From Candidatus Microgenomates bacterium (lineage in GTDB: Bacteria; Patescibacteriota; Microgenomatia; UBA1400; UBA12108), in the NCBI GenBank assembly GCA_003576945.1, contig QEVC01000002.1:5792-69791 (forward strand): a stretch of 64,000 bases of DNA, read 5' to 3'. A model generated the notes under the pieces. It had not been told where the DNA came from and made no database searches. It saw nothing but the letters and a program-made list of their open reading frames with translations. How positions within the stretch are numbered: position 1 is the first letter of the stretch; each line of letters begins with the position of its first letter. Position numbers and translations under genes: made by a program. This document shows positions 57,183-64,000 of this stretch, piece after piece.

Positions 57183-57362
57183 CTACTTTAGCTTCTTCGC
57201 TTCTTTATGTGTGGTATGTTTGCGACAAGTCGAACAATACTTACTTGGAGTCAACTTCTCGGGCGTATTTAGTTTATTGCGAGTGGTTGTGTAATTAAAG
57301 TTATTACACACACTACATTTCAACCCAAACAATTGTCGTGGACCTTTTTTTGCTTTTGCCAT
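57183..57362 (-). CDS. rpmG: 50S ribosomal protein L33
   Basis: Minus-strand translation 'MAKAKKGPRQLFGLKCSVCNNFNYTTTRNKLNTPEKLTPSKYCSTCRKHTTHKEAKKLK'. Not in the ORF track (<60 aa). Confidence 0.85.
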   Translation of the reverse strand: MAKAKKGPRQLFGLKCSVCNNFNYTTTRNKLNTPEKLTPSKYCSTCRKHTTHKEAKKLK

Positions 57363-57422
57363 GTGGGTATTCTACCAATTACCCGCTTGACACACAATAG
57401 GTATAAAGTTAAAGTTAATGTA

Positions 57423-58055
57423 ATGCCCGATACAATTAATAAGCAAACACTTATCAACTTGTTGATAGACTCACCACTGCGCGAGCCGATCAAGATCAAT
57501 CTTATTGACATCGTCAACAACACGAGTGAGCCCGATCTCCCCAAAGTCTACCCCACCATCGTTAAAGAATTAGAGATTTTTCAAAAAGCCACTGAGCGTA
57601 GGATGAAGCTCGCCGAAGAAACTATCGCTAAGTTAAGTGGTAATTCGCAACCTGATACTTCACTACCACCCGCAGTGGACAGCGTTCCCCCAGTCTCATC
57701 ACAAACTGATAAACCAAACCCAATCCTTCCTCCCCTAGATTTACCCCCACTCCCCACACCTCAGCCTCCCTCACCCGCAGCTGCTACACCACTTAGCGTC
57801 CCCCCACTTGACCTTCCTCCCATGCCAGCAGTTCCAACTCCGGCCGAGCCACCCACGCCACCAACCACAGAACCTCCAGCGCCAGCTGTCCCCAGTAGCC
57901 TACCCTCACCCGAACCACTCGGTGGACCAGTTGCAACTCAAAGTAGTGACGAGGCCGCTCTCGCCGAGATTCAAAAAGAACTAGAATCTCTAAAAGCCGG
58001 TGTAACTGCGGATGCTACCCAAACCACCAATCCCGCTCCTGCTCCAACCGCTTAG
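57423..58055 (+). CDS. proline-rich hypothetical protein
   Basis: 'LPPLDLPPLPTPQPPSPAAATPLSVPPLDLPPMPAVPTPAEPPTPPTTEPPAPA'. Start trimmed to 'MPDTINKQ'. Confidence 0.4.
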   Translation: MPDTINKQTLINLLIDSPLREPIKINLIDIVNNTSEPDLPKVYPTIVKELEIFQKATERRMKLAEETIAKLSGNSQPDTSLPPAVDSVPPVSSQTDKPNPILPPLDLPPLPTPQPPSPAAATPLSVPPLDLPPMPAVPTPAEPPTPPTTEPPAPAVPSSLPSPEPLGGPVATQSSDEAALAEIQKELESLKAGVTADATQTTNPAPAPTA

Positions 58056-58092
58056 TCCTTCTTAAAATTTTTCTTTACTCTTTTATTTGTTG

Positions 58093-58166
58093 AGCCACCT
58101 CGGGGAATCGAACCCTGGACCTGCTGTTTACAAAACAGCCGCTCTAACCAACTGAGCTAAGGTGGC
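58093..58166 (-). tRNA. tRNA-Thr (TGT)
   Basis: Reverse complement GCCACCT..GCTGT-TTTGTAA-ACAGC..GGGTTCGATTCCC..AGGTGGC. Confidence 0.85.
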
Positions 58167-58192
58167 AGTAACTTTATTTTATCTTATCTTAG

Positions 58193-59899
58193 CTAATTAC
58201 CCAACCCCTTCCACTCTTCGAGAATCTGTTTAGCAATCGGCCCCGCTACTGCCGATCCTTCACCCCCTGATTCAACTAGTACTGTCAAAATCATTTCTGG
58301 GTTCTCGCCTGGATAAGCCACTGTAATCCAGGCATGTGGCAGATCATCTTCCTTTTTTTGTCCCGCGTGCTGAGCTGTCCCTGTTTTACACAAAACATAT
58401 GGTTCAAAATTGAAGAATGGGTAAGCCGTACCGCCCGAGGAACATGCGGCCTTCATTCCTTCTTTTATAACCTCAATATACTCCGTGGGTATCTCAAGAT
58501 CACTACACCGCGCCTCTGAGTCAAGCGTTATATGTGCCATACACTCTCTTCCTGTCACCGTCGCCACACTCATTCTCGCAACTTGGATTGGTGTAACAAG
58601 GAGATCACCTTGTCCAATTGATAAGTGATAAGTGTTACCAAGGAACCATGATTCCCCCGTCCGCCTCTCCTTCCACAATGGATCAGGTACCAGGCCCTCC
58701 GCCTCACTCCCAATCTCAATCCCCGTCGCTCTCCCTAAGCCAAATTTCTTCGCCATTTTAACGAGAGCTTCTACACCCGCCATTTCTCCAACCCGGTAAA
58801 AATAGATGTCATTACTGCGCGACAAGGCTTTGACCAAACTTAAATTACCTTCTTTTTTTCCTGCCTGATCAAAGTTCCAGGTACCATATCGGTACTCACC
58901 CACTTTTATCTCCCCCGTGTCTTCAATTTCTGTTTCTTTGGTAATTTTGCCACCAACAAGTCCAGCATAGGCCGTTACCATCTTAAACACACTCCCTGGT
59001 GGATATAACCCATTTGTCGCCCGATTTAAAAAATAATTCTCTGAGCTATCCCTCAAATAGTGGGTAATATCACTCGGATCGTAACTGGGATACGTTACCA
59101 AAGCCATTACCTCTCCCTGCATATTCATCGCCACCACCGCTCCCCTAACTTTCTGGTCCTTAACCCTGGCGCTATCCATAACACGATAGCTGATCTCCTG
59201 CAGTCTAGCGTCTATTGTTAATTTTACTGGCTTACCCTCCTCACTTTCATTTCTTCCTCGCTCCCTAACTACTTGACCTGTCGCATCCACTTCCTGGATG
59301 AGTCCACCATCATTGCCTCTCAAAAGCTGCTCATAGGCTGATTCCACCCCAGCTCGTCCGATTAACATCCCCTGGTTATAACATAACCCCTCTCGACAGC
59401 CGATCTCCTGTGGGTTAACCTCAGACAAATATCCAAGCACGCTCGCTCCCATGACCCCTAGTGGATACTTCCGCTTCCAAGCACTCGGACTCGCTTCTTT
59501 AACATTTTCAGAAAGCACACTCTCAGCGATGACTACTCCACGTCTATCTAAGATGCTACCCCGACGCGCAGTTATACGTACTTGTTCAATGTGATTTGTT
59601 TCCGATAAAAGTAGTTGCTGATTGGCTTCAAAAATATGTAGATATGTGACGCGTGCGAAAACAATCCCCAACATGAGTATCGCCATAACCCAAATCATTC
59701 TCACTCTCAAACGCGTAGACCACTGGGCTTGCTCCTCCGCTCTTGCTTTAAACCCAACTCTACCTTGTTGTGAGACTGTAACGAGCTCTTCTTGCCACCC
59801 CCCCAATGCCCCAGATTCTTTTCTCATACTTATGATTATAACCTCCAGACACTTTACTCCACTCGGACTTTGTACTACGATGAGCTTGCCCTGCGACAA
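58193..59899 (-). CDS. penicillin-binding protein 2 / FtsI-type transpeptidase
   Basis: 'SVFKMVT' SxxK, 'SRSND' SxN and 'KTGTA' motifs, with an N-terminal TM anchor. Confidence 0.85.
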   Translation of the reverse strand: MSQGKLIVVQSPSGVKCLEVIIISMRKESGALGGWQEELVTVSQQGRVGFKARAEEQAQWSTRLRVRMIWVMAILMLGIVFARVTYLHIFEANQQLLLSETNHIEQVRITARRGSILDRRGVVIAESVLSENVKEASPSAWKRKYPLGVMGASVLGYLSEVNPQEIGCREGLCYNQGMLIGRAGVESAYEQLLRGNDGGLIQEVDATGQVVRERGRNESEEGKPVKLTIDARLQEISYRVMDSARVKDQKVRGAVVAMNMQGEVMALVTYPSYDPSDITHYLRDSSENYFLNRATNGLYPPGSVFKMVTAYAGLVGGKITKETEIEDTGEIKVGEYRYGTWNFDQAGKKEGNLSLVKALSRSNDIYFYRVGEMAGVEALVKMAKKFGLGRATGIEIGSEAEGLVPDPLWKERRTGESWFLGNTYHLSIGQGDLLVTPIQVARMSVATVTGRECMAHITLDSEARCSDLEIPTEYIEVIKEGMKAACSSGGTAYPFFNFEPYVLCKTGTAQHAGQKKEDDLPHAWITVAYPGENPEMILTVLVESGGEGSAVAGPIAKQILEEWKGLGN

Positions 59900-60094
59900 T
59901 TGATAGGGACTGCGAGGAATTTTTTCCTCGACAAAATGTCGCTTTACGGGAGAGTGCGTATCTTTACTCCATTGGACTAAAGATCAACTCACCCACCTTG
60001 GATTCAACTCCGGGGAAAGCTTCATCGCAACCCCCTTAGTCGCGGGGCATTTTTATATCTAGACATTCGGTGTTTATTTGGTAATACTTAAATC

Positions 60095-60739
60095 ATGCCC
60101 TACCCTAAGTTCTGGACAGAGTCAGAACTCGAAAAACTAAAGTCTCTTTATAACTCTGGTCTTAGTATGCGAGAGGTAGGTGAATACTATGGTAAATCAG
60201 TACGAGCCATCGTTAGTGTGATGAAACGTCACCATATAATCAGAAGACCAGCCTCAATCACACGCACTTACCAGTTTTCAAAATCACCATTATCCTTTCA
60301 AGTTAAACAAAATCTAAATCATCACGAAGAACTACTCAAGATCGCGGGCCTAATGCTCTATTGGGGTGAAGGAGGCAAGAAAAATTCTAAAGGAGTAGAT
60401 TTTGTCAACTCTGATCCCGATATGATTATAGTTTTTTTACGGTTCCTCCGTATTGTCTATCAAATAGATGAGGCTAGACTCCGAGTCTACCTCTACACAT
60501 ACCAGTCACTCCCAACACCACGTCTGGTTGATTATTGGTCTAAGTTAACTAAGATCCCTAACACACAATTTACCAAGCCATATATCAGAGAGAAAAGCAG
60601 TCAAAAACATGATAAAATGTCACATGGCCTCATTCATATCAGATACTCTGACAAACGTTTGTTTGAATTAATAATGAGTGAGATCAGCTCTTTTATATCA
60701 AGCTGGGATGGTGGAGCGGTCAAACACACGACTCTGTAA
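60095..60739 (+). CDS. hypothetical HTH-containing protein with a degenerate LAGLIDADG-like segment; 3' end overlaps tRNA-Tyr
   Basis: N-terminal HTH 'LSMREVGEYYGKSVRAIVSVMKRH'; 'IAGLMLYWGEGGK'. The last ~12 codons are the tRNA-Tyr 5' half, so the true stop may be earlier. Confidence 0.3.
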   Translation: MPYPKFWTESELEKLKSLYNSGLSMREVGEYYGKSVRAIVSVMKRHHIIRRPASITRTYQFSKSPLSFQVKQNLNHHEELLKIAGLMLYWGEGGKKNSKGVDFVNSDPDMIIVFLRFLRIVYQIDEARLRVYLYTYQSLPTPRLVDYWSKLTKIPNTQFTKPYIREKSSQKHDKMSHGLIHIRYSDKRLFELIMSEISSFISSWDGGAVKHTTL

Positions 60740-60789
60740 AAGTCGCGCCTCACGGCTACGCAAGTTCGAATCTTGCTCCCAGCACCAAA
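60702..60789 (+). tRNA. tRNA-Tyr (GTA), class II with long variable arm, CCA encoded
   Basis: GCTGGGA..CGACT-CTGTAAA-AGTCG..long arm CGCCTCACGGCTACG..GCAAG-TTCGAAT-CTTGC-TCCCAGC-A-CCA. Confidence 0.85.
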
Positions 60790-60791
60790 AT

Positions 60792-60864
60792 GCCAAGATA
60801 GCTCAGTTGGTAGAGCATCCCCATGGTAAGGGGAAGGTCTCGGGTCCGATTCCCGATCTTGGCT
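60792..60864 (+). tRNA. tRNA-Thr (GGT)
   Basis: GCCAAGA..TAGCTCAGTTGGTAGAGC..TCCCC-ATGGTAA-GGGGA..TCGGG-TCCGATT-CCCGA-TCTTGGC. Confidence 0.85.
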
Positions 60865-60867
60865 CAG

Positions 60868-61569
60868 ATGAATCTAGCAGATAAAACTATTCTAATCACA
60901 GGCGCAACCGGCGGAATCGGCAGCGTCCTCTCTCAGAAACTGAAAGATCAAGGCAGTAACGTCATTACCATTGGGCGTGATCCTAATAAGCCAGCGACTT
61001 ATCACGCCGACCTAACCGACCCAATTTCGCGCCAAGAACTAGTTAACCGAATAATTCAGGATTATAAAAAAATCGACATCCTAATTCACAGCGCTGGTGT
61101 TGGTATCTACAAACCACTCTCAGAGATCACTCAATCGGACTGGAATCTTTCCTTCACTTTAAACGTCGAAGCACCATTTTTCCTCACCCAAGCACTATCT
61201 CCAATCTTAGAAAAATCAAGTGACTCCCTAGTCTTAACCATTGGCTCAGGCGCAGGCACAATCCCCATGCGAGGACGCAGCCTCTACTGTGCAACCAAAT
61301 TTGCTCTCCGTGGACTCATGCTCTCGCTCGCTGAAGAATCTCGAAACACCCATCCCTCCTACTGCCTTATAACCCTTGGCTCTACCCTGACGCCATTTGG
61401 TCCTCTCTCACTGGATAAAAAAGTTGAAGAAAGTTTAAATGGTAAGGCCTACTTCACCCCAGAATGGGTCGCCAATAAGCTGGTTGAGATCATGCAAAAT
61501 GACGACCGGGAAGATGAGATCACCCTTTTTCCTGGCGACTATGGCTTTGGTGAGTGGAAAAAGCCATAA
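60868..61569 (+). CDS. short-chain dehydrogenase/reductase (SDR)
   Basis: 'ILITGATGGIGSVLSQKL' and catalytic 'YCATKFALRGL'. Start trimmed so as not to overlap tRNA-Thr. Confidence 0.8.
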   Translation: MNLADKTILITGATGGIGSVLSQKLKDQGSNVITIGRDPNKPATYHADLTDPISRQELVNRIIQDYKKIDILIHSAGVGIYKPLSEITQSDWNLSFTLNVEAPFFLTQALSPILEKSSDSLVLTIGSGAGTIPMRGRSLYCATKFALRGLMLSLAEESRNTHPSYCLITLGSTLTPFGPLSLDKKVEESLNGKAYFTPEWVANKLVEIMQNDDREDEITLFPGDYGFGEWKKP

Positions 61570-61582
61570 TAAATCAGAATTA

Positions 61583-62725
61583 TCACGCTTCAACTGATTT
61601 TTTAACTGATTCTAGATGCTCCCTAGCCTCAACTACTCTATCAATGTCAAACACGCTTGGTATCAACGGAGTCGCAATAATTGCCAAAACTCCCGAAAGC
61701 ACTATAGCCTCAATCGGAGAACAGTCACCAAAACTTCCAGGTTCTGGGAACATGGGCATCCCACGCTTCAACCCTTCCAAAGCAGCAAACCCAAATAGTA
61801 GTGCCAATCCACCAAACCAAACACTAGCTCCTACCGGCACGACATATTCATGTCTAGCTTCTCTATATTTTCCTTCTGCCACCCTTAATTTATCAACATT
61901 TGTGCCGATGCCAAATTTTCTCAATTTTTGAGAGATAACAGCTGACAAAGCATTATTTTTAATTTTGCCCAATATATCTAATCCAACTCCAAATTCAGCT
62001 CTTCTGCTAGTAATTGCCTCAAACTTTTCCACCAGTCTCTTTTCATTAGGGCCCTTACTAGCAATTAAACTTCGAACATCATAGGTAATTACCTGCTCAT
62101 TATTCTTACCCAGAGCTTCACGTGTTCCTCCATCTTTATATAGCTGGTCATCAAATATTAACTGTGTACTTCCATGTCCCACTTTTCTCCAAAATTTGAT
62201 CGTATTTTCTGGTTCTCCGACTATGCAATCTTGATATTCTGTCTTAGACATTTGTAATCCCTTATCTATCGCTGCCGTGTACAACCAATAAAATGCATTC
62301 TCGCCCCCAACTATTTTACTAAAAGAATTAAAGATTAAGTCACCAGCCTCTGTATCACCCCTACTCGTTCCAAACCAAAAATCTGTTATTATGCCAGCTA
62401 TAGCGCGCTGCGCATCCTCTTCATATCTCAATAGTTCATTTTCCATTACCCCATCGCCAACCTCATGTGCATACTTCCCTGCCGCTAATACGCCTTTAAT
62501 TCTCAAGCCAATTTCATCTATGGAATCACGATATGGAGCGTTAAGTACACTTTCATCCACCAAGTCATGTGGCCTGAGATCAAGTTTGCCCCATCCCCCA
62601 TTATCATTAGATCTTTTCCATTTATCATTTATCCAATCTAATGCCTCGTAGGCTAGAAAGACAAATTTATGAACATCACCTATTCCTACTGGCTCGTAAC
62701 CACCAATTTTTTCTAAGGTATTCAT
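61583..62725 (-). CDS. hypothetical protein with C-terminal TM helices
   Basis: 380 aa; no recognised domain. Confidence 0.35.
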   Translation of the reverse strand: MNTLEKIGGYEPVGIGDVHKFVFLAYEALDWINDKWKRSNDNGGWGKLDLRPHDLVDESVLNAPYRDSIDEIGLRIKGVLAAGKYAHEVGDGVMENELLRYEEDAQRAIAGIITDFWFGTSRGDTEAGDLIFNSFSKIVGGENAFYWLYTAAIDKGLQMSKTEYQDCIVGEPENTIKFWRKVGHGSTQLIFDDQLYKDGGTREALGKNNEQVITYDVRSLIASKGPNEKRLVEKFEAITSRRAEFGVGLDILGKIKNNALSAVISQKLRKFGIGTNVDKLRVAEGKYREARHEYVVPVGASVWFGGLALLFGFAALEGLKRGMPMFPEPGSFGDCSPIEAIVLSGVLAIIATPLIPSVFDIDRVVEAREHLESVKKSVEA

Positions 62726-62797
62726 AAATATATTATAACCCTATAATAATAATTGTCAAGAACTACCAAATAATTAATTAAGCTGTTAGTTGGTCGG

Positions 62798-63694
62798 CTA
62801 AATCTGCAACCCCTTAATAAACTCCTTTAGGTCTCCACTCATCGATGGATCTTTTAGGGCAAACTCGATCTGGGTCTTCATGTACTCTAACTTGTTGCCA
62901 GTGTCATAGTACTTACCATTCTTAATCTCAGTCGCGAGTACATGCTTACCATCCTTGAGCATGAGTTTAAGCGCATCGTTGTAATAAAACTCGTCACCAT
63001 CTTGCAAATTAGCTAGTACCGCATCAAGGTATTCAAAAATATCAGGCGTAAATAGAAATCCTGAGACATTAGCTAGGTCGCTTGGCGCATTAGCCTTGCC
63101 TGGCTTTTCAATAATAGTTGTACAATCTATCACTCCAGGCTCTATCTCGTTTCCTGCCGCAAAACCATAGCGATCATAATCCGCGTCGCTCTTGGCGCGT
63201 ACACTAGCCATACAAGAATATCCGTATTTCTCATACGCTGCTAACAGTTGCTTAAATCGAGAGGGCTCAGCGGCAATAAAATCATCACTCCAGGTATAAA
63301 TAAATGGCTCATCCCCTATTAGGTGTCGTACATTCATGAGTGGCGTGCCATTCCCATAAGGTCCCTTTTGGCGTACATAGGCAAAGTTGGCCATAGATGA
63401 GATCTTCATCACCGAATCAAGGAGTGGCTTCTTCTTCTCCCCACCCATCTTGAGGTTTTCAATCAAATCCGTTGATGGATTATCAAAATGATCTTCAATC
63501 GTTCGCTTGTGATATCCCGTCACAATAATAATGTCTTCAATGCCAGCATCAACTAGTTCTTCAACAATATATTGAATAACAGGTTTATCAACAATCGGGA
63601 GCATCTCCTTTGGCATCGCCTTGGTCTGTGGCAGAAATCTGGTACCAAATCCTGCGGCTGGGATAACTGCCTTACGAACTTTTTGAAATGACAT
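62798..63694 (-). CDS. galU: UTP--glucose-1-phosphate uridylyltransferase
   Basis: 'KAVIPAAGFGTRFLPQTKAMPKEMLPIVDKPVIQYIVEE'. Confidence 0.85.
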   Translation of the reverse strand: MSFQKVRKAVIPAAGFGTRFLPQTKAMPKEMLPIVDKPVIQYIVEELVDAGIEDIIIVTGYHKRTIEDHFDNPSTDLIENLKMGGEKKKPLLDSVMKISSMANFAYVRQKGPYGNGTPLMNVRHLIGDEPFIYTWSDDFIAAEPSRFKQLLAAYEKYGYSCMASVRAKSDADYDRYGFAAGNEIEPGVIDCTTIIEKPGKANAPSDLANVSGFLFTPDIFEYLDAVLANLQDGDEFYYNDALKLMLKDGKHVLATEIKNGKYYDTGNKLEYMKTQIEFALKDPSMSGDLKEFIKGLQI

Positions 63695-63738
63695 ATTAAT
63701 CTCCTGTATTATAGTTTTATAAACTAGGTACTTTTAAC

Positions 63739-64000
63739 TTACAAAGTCATCAGTTCTTTTTCTTTATCTTTCCTCACCTCTTCCACTCTAACAATTGCCC
63801 CATCCACACTTTTCTGCATCGATTCTAGCCAGCCCTTAATACTATCTTCAGAGATCCCTGACTCCCCCTTTTGAGCTTCGATCTCTTCTTTGATCTCAGT
63901 TCGAATCTGTCTAATCATTACCTTGCCACTCTCAATCTTTTGGTGCACTAGTTTGACTAGTTCCTCTCTTCTCTCTTGGGTGAGTGGTGGAATTGCAATC
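63739..64000 (-). CDS. frr: ribosome recycling factor, C-terminal part (N-terminus beyond window)
   Basis: Minus-strand frame continues upstream of the track Met: '...IPPLTQERREELVKLVHQKIESGKVMIRQIRTEIKEE...'. Confidence 0.75.
   Translation of the reverse strand, partial: IAIPPLTQERREELVKLVHQKIESGKVMIRQIRTEIKEEIEAQKGESGISEDSIKGWLESMQKSVDGAIVRVEEVRKDKEKELMTL

Noticed and set aside
57320-57544. 74-aa minus-strand ORF from the track
   Set aside because: It is in the wrong frame. The real gene here is rpmG (L33, 57183-57362), and the rest overlaps the start of the Pro-rich protein gene.

Overview
The window looks like about 64 kb of a small, low-GC (~42%) bacterial chromosome. The sortase, PBP2, GalU and VirD4-like genes fit a Gram-positive-type envelope, possibly a CPR/Saccharibacteria-like or other reduced genome, but this is a guess. 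The backbone is housekeeping: cysS, recR-ybaB-dnaX, rpsU-yqeY-ybeY, rpsB-tsf, a thyA-folA-folD/glyA folate block, tmk, class II RNR nrdJ, topA, pth, dprA, efp with its lysylation enzyme epmA, mreB, def-fmt, rpmB, rpmG, PBP2, galU and frr. It also holds three tRNA isoacceptors, tRNA-Trp and a fourth atypical tRNA-like gene. What does not look ordinary: (1) At least three families of short repeats sit in frame inside essential genes. Five palindromic 'RSDLVG..PTRSDL' hairpin units lie in a 1070-aa GT-C membrane protein. A 21-bp palindrome is shared with fmt and an intergenic site. TCAGA-periodic elements are in nrdJ and topA. ACGGATTY tandem octamers appear at five loci. This resembles the Rickettsia palindromic element phenomenon. 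(2) A free-standing IVS-like element: a four-helix-bundle (23S-IVS/Avd family) gene bracketed by a perfect 20-bp inverted repeat of the TCAGA family. (3) A four-gene island between cysS and the atypical tRNA-like gene, encoding a nucleoside-2-deoxyribosyltransferase-like/RHH fusion and an unrecognisable 343-aa protein. (4) A four-gene unknown cluster with an HD-domain protein and paired GNRA hairpin/U-tract signals abutting start codons. (5) A 60% GC lipoprotein gene next to a repeat-delimited toxin-antitoxin cassette array (MNT-HEPN, an sRNA-like unit, hicBA). (6) A vapBC-like module with an operator palindrome. Coordinates of minus-strand genes were trimmed to internal starts where homology made the ORF-track start implausible.
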